NCBI RefSeq assembly: GCF_006345805.1
Contig: NC_043003.1
Span: forward strand, 91,264,001-91,328,000
Reading direction: 5' to 3'
From: Octopus sinensis
Taxonomy: Eukaryota
Length of the DNA stretch: 64,000 nt
The notes beneath the pieces are model-generated. The model was not told where the DNA came from and searched no databases. It worked only from the letters and a program-made list of their open reading frames with translations. Position numbers and translations under genes: made by a program. This document shows, in pieces, positions 25,669 to 38,030 of this stretch. Every line of letters starts with the position of its first letter. The first letter of the stretch is position 1.

Positions 25669-25977
25669 TATATATACACACACACACATGTATGGGTGAA
25701 TGTGTTGTGTGTATGTGTGTGTGTAGTTGAAATAATCACAGAAAACAAATTGTTTATATTTTGTGTCTTTCGCTACTATTGTTTTAATATCCTTTCACAG
25801 ACCATTGTGTCAGATGAATGCATCGAAATACGAAAACAGAGTAAAAATAAATTGTTTCTGTGTTTAGTTCCACTCTATGCTGCGCTTGATAATGCATTTA
25901 TAGCCTGAGCCATATTTAAGCTACTTTGTAGAATGCATTCGAACGACGCTTAACACAGTTCAAACATTGAGTCGTTA

Positions 25978-26009
<32 letters not shown>

Positions 26010-26269
26010 CGTGTCTTATCACAAACATTATCTTGTAATAGCTGACTCACGTTTATTTGATCTTCAGATGCTATTTTGCTGATAACATATATCCTATTCC
26101 ACTTATCTATCTAATCCATCTATCTGTCTATCTGTCTATCTGTCTATCTATCTGTCTGTCTGTCTGTCTGTCTTATCTATCTTCCTAACTACCTACCTAC
26201 CTACCTAACTAACTAACTAACTAACTTTTTATCTATATTCTGTTATTCTTGTATTCCTTTACTTATTTT

Positions 26270-26685
26270 AGACATCTGAATGCGGCCATGATGGAGCACT
26301 GCCTTGAGGAGTGTTAGTCCAAAAAATTAATCCCAAGATTTATTTTTAAGTCCCAGAACTTATTCTATCAATCTCTTTTGCTGAATCGCTAAGTTACAGA
26401 GACATAAACACACCAACACCGGTTATCAAGCAGTGATGGGGGACAAACACAGACTCAATGAGACACACACATAGGTTCACACATGCAAACACACACACAC
26501 AAACACATGCACAGACACATACATTATATATACAAAGGGGTTCTTTCAGTTTCCGTGTACCAAGTCCACTCACAAGGCTTTGGTCGGCCCGAGGCTATAG
26601 TAGAAGACACTTACCCAAGGTGCCACATAGTGGTACTGAACCCGGAACCATGTGGTTGGGAAGCAAGATTCTTACCACACAGCCA
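26270..26685 (-). mobile_element. tRNA-derived SINE, family of 775-1260
   Basis: Head (26540-26685), CA array and tail align to 775-1260. Confidence 0.8.
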
Positions 26686-26793
26686 TAATTTTTAATAAGT
26701 CTTCTGGCTATTACTGACATCAGTGTCTGAAAAGATGCTGATATTTTATATATCATAACAGCACGATTTGACTGGTATATGGTGACCAGACGC

Positions 26794-26839
26794 CTCCCAC
26801 TGATGATTTCCAGTGGAATGAAATCATGTGATATGGCAG
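26794..26839 (+). ncRNA. Compact type I hammerhead-like motif
   Basis: Helix I CUCCCA/UGGCAG (5 of 6 pairs), CUGAUGA, helix II UUCC(AGU)GGAA, GAAA, helix III AUC(AUGU)GAU, AUA triplet. Confidence 0.7.
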
Positions 26840-28258
26840 TTCCGATGCCCATGACAGAGGATAAAATAAATACCAGTTGGGCACTGGCCTCGATGTAGTC
26901 AACCTACTCCCTGCCCCAAAACTGTTGGCTTTGTGCCAAAATTTGAAAGTATTGTCATCATCATCATCATTATACGTATGTATGTATTTTTGTTTGTTTG
27001 GGATAACAGAAATCTGCTCTGCTCGTTTAGAGTTTATCCTAACCAGCAAAAAAGTATCCAGAATTGTGTGTGATTGTACAGTAAAACCACTTGGAGAAAG
27101 AAACCTGAAATCAAAAAATTAAAAAATGAAGCAGAAAATAAATGACTCAAGAGTGGCATCTTGTCTTTCTCATTCGCAAAATTTTTCTTCTGCTCAGATT
27201 GCTTTCAATTTTAGTATATCGATGCAACTCTGGATTTTGATTATGATCAACCAATTACTCTATCTCATAAATTAAAGAGTCTGATGTTATTTGGAATTAA
27301 AGTTGGGAAATTTGGGTAATTTTAGCCAATCAACAGACAGCATGGCATTAGCAGCTGGTTACCATGACAACCGCATGCTGTGTTGTGGTTCACTGTTGTC
27401 GTGCTACTGTTGTCTATGTTGATTTTTTACACTTGATTCTTCACATCTCAAGATTCTTTTCACTCGTGTGTTTTGTTTTAATTTCTACTGTGTGTTAGTA
27501 TATTACATACTTTTCTGTGCTTTTTCTGTGTTAGTATTTTCACATACTTTTCATTTCATGTAGTTTTGGGACTCATTGACTCAGATAGCTGGATTTATTG
27601 ATTTCACTAGGTTAATTCTATTCATAAAAATTTTAATTAGGACTATTTCTTAAACCGTTAGCTTCACAGTTCAACAGCTTAGCTGAAATTTAGCCCACGT
27701 AATAGGAACTGAGAGGGATATCGTGCAACAGAGAAACTGTGGGTGACACAGATAATTTGACATTTTTTAAATTCTGCATGCAAAAACATATAAGATACAG
27801 GTATTCTTTTCCTTGGGACAAATTCTTTGTTGACCAGTGTTATCCTTATCATAGTTTACAAATCCAAGCATGAAAACATTACTCAACTTTGGAATATTTA
27901 TAAAACTGAAGAGTGGAATGAACAAAGAGTGGAATGAACGAAGTAAGTGCGAAGGGGCTGATAGAAAGAATGAAAGAATGGAAAGAATAATAGAGTCGTA
28001 CAAAATTTAGATGTATATATACTTACATATAAGAAACCAAAGTGTATGTATGCTGCTATACTTTTATATATAAAAATAGTCATTGACTCTGTCCGTTGCA
28101 GCTCTGATAACAGATAGTCAACGACTATTCAAGAGGCTGGAAGACGCCAGGATATAGGTAAATGAATTTACCTATTTCTACTTAGAGCATTTCGATTAAC
28201 AGTATCGAATGCTTTGCTCAAATCAACAAAGCAATGGTAAAGGGCAAGATTCTGTTCA

Positions 28259-29846
28259 ATTGCTTTGTTGATTTGAGCAAAGTATTCGATACTGTTAATC
28301 AAAATGCTCTGTGGCTAATTCTAAGTAGAAAAAGGTTGGCCAGAAAAATTTGTAAACATGGTCAGGGCTTTGCATGAAGATATGAAAGCTTGAGTTAATT
28401 TTGGTGGTAGGCTCTTTGAATCTTATGTTGTGGAAAATGGAGTGGAGCAAGGAGACCTTGATGCACCCACCCTCTTTGCAATACACCTTACTGTTGTGTT
28501 GTCACATGCTTTTCAAAACTCTGAGGAGGGTATTTACATAAAATATCAAACAACAGGGTATGTTTTTAATCTGACCAGACTGAAATTCAATTCCAAACGA
28601 AGGTTTTTACTTCACTCATTAGGAAACTTTTATACGCTGACGATTGCGATCTTGTCAGTCACTCTGAAACAGGTCTGCAATCTCTTGTGTCTGCATTTGA
28701 CTCGGCTTGTGATGATTTTGGCTTGACCATCAACTTGAAAAAAACAGTTGTTATGCATCAACCTGCATGTGGTGCTGTTTGAAACCCACCTAAAATTATT
28801 GTTAAGGGTAAGTTACTTGAGGTTGTCTATTCGTTCGTCTACCTTGGAAGCTCTGTTCAAAATGATGGAAATCTTGATACCGAAATACAGCTGCAAATTC
28901 AAAGGGCAGCAAAAGCATTTGGTGGCTTGGAGCCACACATTTGGTGCAGTGATACATAAATAAGAATACAAAGCTGGCTCTTTACAAATCATTTGTCTTG
29001 CCATCCCTGTTGTATTCTTGTGAAATTTGGACTTGTTATGAAAGGCATTTTAAACTGTTAGAACAATTCCACCAAAAATGCCTTAATCATATTTTAAAAA
29101 TTAAGTGGAGTTCTTTTACTCCAAACACAGATGTCCTTGCATCTGCAGGCATCACATCAATTAAAGCTATGATTTTGAGGAACCAACTGAGATGGTGTGG
29201 CCATGTTCGAATGGCAGATGAACGCATGCCTAAACAATGTTTTATGGTGAGTTTGCACAGGGGAAACGCTATCGGTGTAAACCTACAAAAAGGTTTAAGG
29301 ATGGCATAAGGACTACTATGAAATCACTTGGAATGATTCCAGAAGTTATAGAAACCCTTGCTTCAGATCGAGTTGGATGGCGAACAAAGGTGTGGAGTGG
29401 GGTGAAAGCATTTGAAGAGGCCAGGATAATGCAAGTAAGACTCAAAAGAGATCTAAGGAAGAATGTAATGATCGAGAAAGTGAATGACGATGACCTTTTT
29501 GTGTGCACAGTCTGTGACAGACCATGCCTGTCAATTGCCTCAAATCTCATCTGCGAACGCAAGGAAAATGAACCTCCACCAACTATTCTGCCTATATATC
29601 TGTGCACACCTTTGAATACAGTGTATGTCAGGTTTGCAAATCCAACGGAGGCCTCAAGAGACATTTTAAGATCCACAAAGAACAGAACTTATCTGTAGCT
29701 CTTGGTGGTCCAAATCGAAGGTGTAATCTAGGTTGGTGTCTTTTAGAACATTGTCTGGTTTAAAAAGTCACATCAAATGCCATGATGGTGTTAAGATGTA
29801 GATACAGGAGGTGGCCAAACTCTACATAAGGAGTAGACAACCACCA
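28259..29846 (+). mobile_element. Decayed 5'-truncated RTE LINE
   Basis: FVDLSKVFDTV, GVEQGDLDAPTLF, LYADD, GLTINLKKT, YLGS, LRWCGHVRMADERMPK, CTVCDRPC; tail ggccaaactc..accacca. Confidence 0.9.
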
Positions 29847-29862
29847 TATATATATATACACA

Positions 29863-29915
<53 letters not shown>

Positions 29916-30354
29916 ATATATATATATATATTATAATAATAATAATAATAATATTAGGGAGTAAATCCAAACTTACAGGGAAAAATTAGATTTAGGATTA
30001 AATCTAATTTTATAGTATAAATATATATTATATTAAATTAGAGATAAAACTACTACTAGGCAAATCAAACAGTGAAAATCATAAGCCAATACATAGAAAT
30101 AAAATTAATTAAAAAATAAATAAAAAATATAAAATATAAAATATAAAAATCCAATTAAAATATTTAAATTAAAGTTAAAATTTTTTTTAATTATTTAAAT
30201 TAATAATTTAAACTTATAAATTATAAATATATATTTTTTTAATTATTATTTTATTTAATCATTTATTTTTTTAATATTTTTTTAATATTTTTATATTTAT
30301 TTATTTATTTTTTATAAACTATCAAAAAGTATTAAAAGTTTAATAAGATAAAGA

Positions 30355-30500
30355 GTAAAAACCACTACTAGGCAAATCAAACAGCACATATGCTAGGACA
30401 CAACAACCTCCTAAGCAGACCGAGTGCAGATATGAGTAGCATATGGGAACCGGTATTAAGGAAGGATAGGAAAAGATTAGATTTATAAGCCCTTAAATTC
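30355..30500 (+). mobile_element. Possible Penelope GIY-YIG C-terminal remnant
   Basis: One frame reads AHMLGHNNLLSRPSADMSSIWEPVL, resembling PLE C-termini; short. Confidence 0.3.
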
Positions 30501-30518
30501 ACTCCATAATTGCCCATG

Positions 30519-30775
30519 TGCATATGGCGTAGTGGTTAAGAGTGCGAGCTACTAACCCCAAGATTTCGAGTTTGATTCCAGGCAGTGACCTGAATAATAA
30601 ATAATAATAATAATAATAACATCGAAAAATACTTTAGGAATGAGAACCCAGGTTCGAAATTTCCCCAAGGCACCTGATGAAGGCTGAAACGTGTTAACGA
30701 CAAACAAGATGAGGACAAATATCCGTCAAATGTAAATAATGTATATAATTCCTCATCTCTTAAATATAGAACTGT
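30519..30775 (+). mobile_element. tRNA-headed SINE with (TAA)n spacer
   Basis: A box TGGCGTAGTGG, B-box-like GTTTGATTCC; its 3' segment also occurs at 4792-4829. Confidence 0.7.
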
Positions 30776-30900
30776 ATTACAGAGAAAATGTATTTTTATC
30801 CTTATGGCATCTTTTGATAAATAAAGTTATTATCGGTTATGTATCTGTGTTTTTATAAACATAAATTTGTCCTCAAGTATCTTATGCACTCTGTATACAC

Positions 30901-30932
<32 letters not shown>

Positions 30933-31718
30933 TAATGTGTGTGTGTGTGTAGGTTAGGGTGTTAATGACAGGCTTCCACATAGTGTCTGTCTACCAAATT
31001 CACTTACAAGGCATTGATTGGGTTGGACCTAGTGTAAAAGATATTTGCCCAAGGTGCTGCACAGTAGGACTGAACTCAAAACCACGTTGTTGCGAAGTGA
31101 GCTTCTTAACCACACTGCCAAGCCTTTGCCTGACCCTTTACATTACCCTCCACTATTATTCAGCTGGTATTTATTTTACTGAAGGATGAAAGGTAATTCA
31201 ACTTTTAATATACATACAGGTTTTAATTTACATATTCAAGGTTAACAGTCAAACACCATGCGTTGTTCAACAGATTTTAGTTATTTACCACCATTCAAAA
31301 GCAGACAATTTGCGAAATATATTGTATTTTAAGGGATGAAAATGAAATGTTTATCTTGACTGTTCATTCTTTCCATGAAATTTTTCTTTACACTCAATAT
31401 TTTCTATTATTTTCCTTCTTATTTTACAGGAAAACAAAGCATCAGAAAGTAACTAAAATAAACTTGCATCTTTTTACAATATACCATCCAAATCAGTTGG
31501 TGGATTTTGAATATGAAATAAAAGAAGACTGTAGTGTTATCATGGGATAATTCCGAGATCCTTATTGCTTCAAATATGAATTGCCACGAAAATGTTGTGT
31601 ATTATTTCGACATCACATCAAGGAAGTTGGAACTGTTGATGACTAAAACAAAATATATGAAGTGCAGACTGGGATTTTGTTGATGATGTTAGTATGGTGG
31701 TGGTGGTGGTGGTGGTGG

Positions 31719-31752
<34 letters not shown>

Positions 31753-32735
31753 AGAGTGGTACATTGTAAATGCACAGAAAAGAAGTAAAATAATATACAG
31801 AAAAATTGAGAAGGAAATAACGGAAATATATAATATAAATATGACTGACTGGCATTGATTAAACGAAGGCCTTTTAAGAACTTCTCTAAGAAAGTTTTGT
31901 ATCTTTATATTTTCCATTTAGATCTTTAATGAGGGGTGGGGGAGGATTTTTAGACTGTTGGAATTACCCTTAATAACAAGGAAAGTGATTAGCCGTAATA
32001 ACACTTCTTTTCGAAAATAGTAAGGGAGAAAACTCAGAAATTTAATTGATTAAAAGTTAAATGGAGATATGATTTCAATTTCGTTTCACTAAGTTCACAT
32101 CCAATTCTAGTTCTAAACATGTCTTTAGAACTTTGAAATTGTTTTACTGCTACTATTCTATTGCTCCCAGTGAAATGAATGCGGGAGTTTCAATGAACGA
32201 ATTTTAATTTCAAATATGTGGGTTCAAATTAAATATTATAAAGTATTTCGTCAGACAATCTATGGTGGTTGAGCTTCTACCAACACATCGACTTGCATGT
32301 GTGTTCATGTGGACACAAGATACATAAAGAGGGGTAGAAAAAGTAGGAGAATTTATTCTTTGTTACTAAATCATATCAAACTGCACTTGTCATTCTAGCA
32401 TCTATGTCCATATTACTATTAAGATTTCATGCAATAGGCGGCTCTAGATATTCGTCACTCCCAGCTATTCTTCTACATTATTATGCCACTCGGAGTACAT
32501 CAATGAAAAGAAGCTACAGTCATTCTAAAATCATTAACAAAAAGAAACTTTAGTCGTTCTAAAATCTATTCATTGTGGTTACGTTATGTTTCACTGATGA
32601 GACCTAAAAAGACCAAAATATGTTCAGAAATGTCACTATACTACCAAACATCAGATTTCCTCTCCACTACATTCATATTGAATTTTAATTACTATTTCTG
32701 GGTTGTCATCTTTGCTTTCTCTCTCTCTGTCTCTG

Positions 32736-32808
<73 letters not shown>

Positions 32809-33108
32809 CTCTCTCTCTCAGATAATGATTCACCTTGAAACTACAGAAATAATTTTAATAAATTAAATTTCTTATTGTAGAAAAATTCTAGAGCTTATGT
32901 TATTTTCCTCTTGTCCTATACACACACACACACATACATATATATCAAAGAAGGTAAAAGGAAAGAAAATGGAAAGCTTCTAACAATGTGGAAACTTTAA
33001 TAAAACCTTTATCTTTCAGGTGCAAAGGCCCATCTTCAGAAGGAAAAAAACAGTCTGAGAAAAATCCAGTTATGTAGGTTCCAGTAACCCATTCAGATTC
33101 CCTAACTT

Positions 33109-33166
<58 letters not shown>

Positions 33167-33204
33167 TGTGTGTGCATGTATGTGTGTGTGTATATATATA
33201 TATA

Positions 33205-33560
33205 TTACAAATAAGAAAATGGAGAAACACATTAGTTGGTTTATCAGCTTTAAGATATTAGAATGTTGACTTATTTAATTATCAAAACTACAACCGTAAT
33301 AACATACATATATACAGTATAAAATTCAATACATTTAAGATAAGAATACATGTAGTTATTAAAAAACATTAATATAAATTATTAAAATCATAAAATCACT
33401 AACAGCTGTTTCAGCCTATGGAAAAAAGTAATTTTTTGTGCCTATACATGTCAATTATATTGAGGTTTTAAGCAGTTAAAAATGAGGTACTTATATATAT
33501 CCATAGGCCTCATCAGAGATTATAAAGCACTTTCAAAATATAAATATATGCATGAAACAC
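33205..33560 (-). mobile_element. Solo copy of the Penelope 5'/pLTR segment with hammerhead (33392-33526)
   Basis: Aligns to 17520-17870; CUGAUGA, GGCCUAUGGA/UUCCAUAGGCU, GAAAC-AGCU-GUU. Confidence 0.7.
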
Positions 33561-33701
33561 GATACACGTACAATTTAATATATATATAAATATATATCCA
33601 TATATACATATATATATATACATAGGCAAATATATACACCTATACATGTACATAAATACATAAATAGGCACAATTAAACATACGTACAAGCATATAAACA
33701 A

Positions 33702-33756
<55 letters not shown>

Positions 33757-33758
<2 letters not shown>

Positions 33759-35253
33759 AGTCATTCCCAATGACTGGTGTAGCAGCATAATAGTCAACTG
33801 CTACAAAGGTAAAGGTGACGCCCTAGATACAAATAACTACAGGGGCATGAAGCTGCTGGATCAGGTAATGAAGGTTACGGAGAGGGTTATAGCCCAACTA
33901 ATTGGAGAGAGAGTTAGCTTAGATGAGATGCAGTTTGGGTTCGTGCCAGGGAAAAGTACTACTGATGCTATATTCCTGGTAAGACAGCTGCAGGAGAAAT
34001 ACCTAGCCAAAGATAAGCCCCTGTACCTGGCTTTTGTTGACATGGAGAAAGCCTTCGACAAGGTCCCCCGATCCCTTATCTGGTGGTCATTGAGGAAACT
34101 AGGGATAGATGAATGGTTAGTGAGAGCTGTGCGAGCCATGTACAGAGACGCTGCTAGTAAGGTGAGGGTTGGCAACAAGTACGGTGAAGAATTCCGGGTA
34201 GAGGTTGGGGTCCACCAAGGTTCAATCCTCAGTCCCCTCCTATTTATCATAGTCCTCCAGGCAATAACAGAGGAATTTAAGACAGGATGCCCCTGGAAGC
34301 TCCTCTATGCTGATGATCTTGCTCTAATTGCTGAGTCACTATCAGAACTGGAGAAGTTTCAGGTGTGGAAGCAAGGATTAGAATCGAAGGGCCTTAGAAT
34401 CAACCTAGCCAAAACCAAAGTCCTAATAAGTAGGAAGGTAGACCAATCACAAACGCCTTCAGGTAGATGGCCCTGCTCGATCTGTAGAAAAGGTGTAGGT
34501 AGAAACTCTATAAGATGCACCAAGTGTAAGCTATGGACACATAAGAGGTGCAGCAATGTCAAAGGAAGGCTAACTAGGAAGATGGTTTTTGTATGTGGCA
34601 GATGCTCAGGAGCAATAAACACTGAAAATGTGCAGAGACCAACTTCTACAACATTCCAGGGAGAAAAACTAGTAGTTGATAGCTTCCGTTACCTAGGTGA
34701 CCAAGTCAGTAGTGGGGGTAGGTGTGCTGAAAGTGTAACGGCTAGAATAAGAATAGCCTGGGCAAAGTTCAGAGAGCTCTTACCCCTGCTGGTGACAAAA
34801 GGCCTCTCGCTTAGAATAAAAAGCAGACTGTATGTTGTATGTGTACGAACGGCCATGCTACATGGTAGTGAAACATGGGCTGTGACTGCTGAGGATATGC
34901 ATAAGCTCGCAAGAAATGAAGCCAGTATGCTCCGATGGATGTGTAATGTCAGTGTTCATACTCGACAGAGTGTAAGTACCTTGAGAGAAAAGTTGGACCT
35001 AAGAAGCATCAGTTGTGGTGTGCAAGAGAGACGTTTGCGCTGGTATGGTCAAGTGACGAGAATGGCTGAAGATAGTTGTGTGCAAAAGTGCCACACCTTA
35101 GCGGTTGAGGGAACCTGTGGAAGAGGTAGACCCAGGAAAACCTGGAACAAGGTGGTGAAGCACAACCTTCGAACTTTAGGTCTCACCAAGGAAATGACTA
35201 GAGACCGAGACTTATGGAAGTATGCTGTGCATGAGAAGACCCGGCAGGACTAG
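33757..35253 (+). CDS. RTE reverse transcriptase (5'-truncated) with Cys-rich PHD-like insert
   Basis: Open frame from GVIPNDW; NYRG, QFGFVPG, FVDMEKAFD, GVHQGS, LLYADD, YLG; CSIC..CTKC..H..C..CGRC. Confidence 0.9.
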
Positions 35254-35762
35254 TGAGACCATAACCCATGGCCTCTACCTGGGATGTAGCCAGTCGACTT
35301 ATGCATACCTTTCCTTCTTGGGACACAAAACTCCACTTGTGAAGACCTGTTGAGGCAAGTGGAAATCAAATCAAATCAAATCAAATCAGATATCAGAAAT
35401 CAGAACCAAAATCGAAGTCAATCAACATAAATGGAAATTGCAGCTGTGATACCAGTGCCGGTGACACGTAAGCGAACCATCCGATCGTGGCCATTGCCAG
35501 TGCCGCCCCAACTGGCCTCCGTGCGGGTGGCACGTAAAAAGCACCATCCGATCGTGGCCGTTGCCAGCCCCGTCTGGCACCTGTGTGGGTGGCATGTAAA
35601 AAGCACCCACTACACTCACGGAGTGGTTGGTGTTATGAAGGGCATCCAGCCGTAGAAACACTGCCAGATCAGACTGGGCCTGATGCAGCCTTCTGGCATC
35701 CCAGACCCCAGTTGAACCGTCCAACCTATGCTAGCAAGGAAAGCAGACGCTAAATGATGATG

Positions 35763-35765
<3 letters not shown>
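33757..35765 (+). mobile_element. 5'-truncated RTE LINE with open ORF and complete 3' UTR
   Basis: Starts at the edge of a (TA)n array and ends in (GAT)n; RT ORF inside. Confidence 0.95.
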
Positions 35766-35825
<60 letters not shown>

Positions 35826-35978
35826 ATACATATATACATATACATATATACATACATATATACATATATATATACATATATACATATATATATACATATA
35901 TACATACATATATACATATATACATACATATATACATATATACATACATATATACATATATACATACATATACATATA

Positions 35979-36028
<50 letters not shown>

Positions 36029-36194
36029 TGTGTGTGTGTGTATGTGTGTATATATATACATGCACACACACACACGTGTGTGTGTGAGTATGTATATAGA
36101 TGAGTTCAGCAAAAATTTAGATTCAGATGAATATGGTAAAGTTGAGGCACCAGAATTTAGTATGGTATTATCCATACAATTCCAAAGTAAGGTG

Positions 36195-36770
36195 ATTAAA
36201 ATCAAAATAAGCAACAAGGATATCCAGAGGTAATGCAGTACAATCGTTTCATGCAACTCCATTTAATTTAACAATGCAATCATTACATCAATTTAAAATG
36301 CAGAGCAATCCTCAGCTGCACAAAAACAGAATTTAATGATTGCATTGTTCAATTAAATGGAGTTGTATTAAATGATCATACTGCATTACCTCTGGATATC
36401 CTTGTTGCTTATTTTGATTTTAATATGAAAGGATTTGATAAACTAGTCTATAAATTAAAACTGACCCCATAAAAAGAAAAAAAATCAGTGACAGGCAGAG
36501 TCTGTAACAATGTATATCTTGTTGATAATTTAGCAACTTCTATGCTGGAGTGGAGACAGTATGTTATTTGTCTATCTCCTTAACTTCTTGGATATTTTAG
36601 GTATAATTATACTAATGAGTCCTTCTGTTCTAATTTAATTAAATCTTATGTCTTTTTGCAGCTGAGGATTGCTCTGCATTTTAAATTGATGTAATGATTG
36701 CATTGTTCAGTTAAATGAAGTTGCATGAAACGATCGAACTGCATTACCTCTGCGTATCTTTGTTGCTTAC
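36195..36770. repeat. Nested inverted repeats
   Basis: 46-bp perfect arms 36195-36240 / 36379-36424, inner arms 36255-36288 / 36334-36365, further inverted copy at 36650-36770. Confidence 0.85.
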
Positions 36771-37716
36771 AGTAGTAGTTGAATAATATTCTTAATGTAG
36801 CTTTTTGTCACAGTCGGCATCTTCCAAGCAGTCTCACTAATTCAAATTTAGTTTTTTGAATTATGTTTGACTACTGATATGTGACATTTAGACATAAAAT
36901 ACTTAAAAACTGGTGCAGTAGAACAAAAGTTAAGACAAAAAATGTATAGACAAAACTGGTTGACTGACGGGTAGTAATGCCCAACATCTACACTTTGAAT
37001 CCACACCATTCTTTTAATTTTGATTAAGAATTATTTTACTGATATCAACATGAAAGAGAAATGTTAAGGAATATATTGGTAAAGGTTTCATAAAATTTTA
37101 TCCATTAGAAAAAATGATATTTAATTTTAATCTTCAATTTTTTATAAATTTTCTGCGTGATCTTAAAGGGACACTACTCATTTATGAAACAGGCGCATAC
37201 ACAACAAAAGATAAAAGACAACACAAATTGATACAAAGAGTTCTAATATTTCTTTTCATTAGTCTAAATTATTTTTTATAAAAAAAAGGAATTTTTCTGC
37301 TTAATTTCTTATAGTATGGCTTTTTAAAGTCCATTTTTGAATAAATTATTTTAATAACAAGATTATTTAATAAAATATTTTTATTTTTTTTATTTTGTCT
37401 CTACTGAATCATGCAGTAGGGCTTTTCAGAAAAGCTAAATGACAAAAATTCAAATATTTTAACACTCAATTTTCCCTATTTTTGAATTTTCAAACATGGA
37501 GTTAATTATTTTCATACTAAAAAATGACCTTATAATTTATTTATTAATTTTATAGTAAATATAATATGATTAAAATTTTTATTATCTTCACAATGCTTAC
37601 TGTTTTACAAAATCAAACTAGAAAATTGGACAAAACAGAGAACACAATTGTAAAAATTAAAAAGAAAAAAACAGAGAAATAAGAAAGAGAAAAAAGGGGG
37701 AAAAAAACAAAATAAT

Positions 37717-38030
37717 TCACCACCTTGGGTTAAAAAGTTGGGGGACTGGGAAACCTTTCAAATGACTATTGCGACAGGCTAGCACGTTTACAGCTTTGCC
37801 ACGAGTGAAGGCGAGGCTGATGCGCTGGAGCAGCCAAGCGCCCTCATGAGCCTCATGATTTGCCAGTGAAGACAGGAATCTCATAAGTGGTCCGACCCCA
37901 CCAAAAATCTCGAACACCACAGGATGGAAAATGTAGTTGGCCAACAAATTGTGGTATTTCAGGATTTTGTTCCGCTCGGCTGCAAAAGCTGTGGATCTCG
38001 CCATCACTGCAGCATCCAGGATATGAGAAG
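37717..38030 (-). mobile_element. CRE-like non-LTR retrotransposon, restriction-like endonuclease C-terminal fragment
   Basis: AAERNKILKY..YIFHPVVFEIFGGVG..LLQRISLAFTRGKA matches the E..K..KY..F.P..E..G..QRIS.A..RG pattern of CRE-clade elements. Confidence 0.65.
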
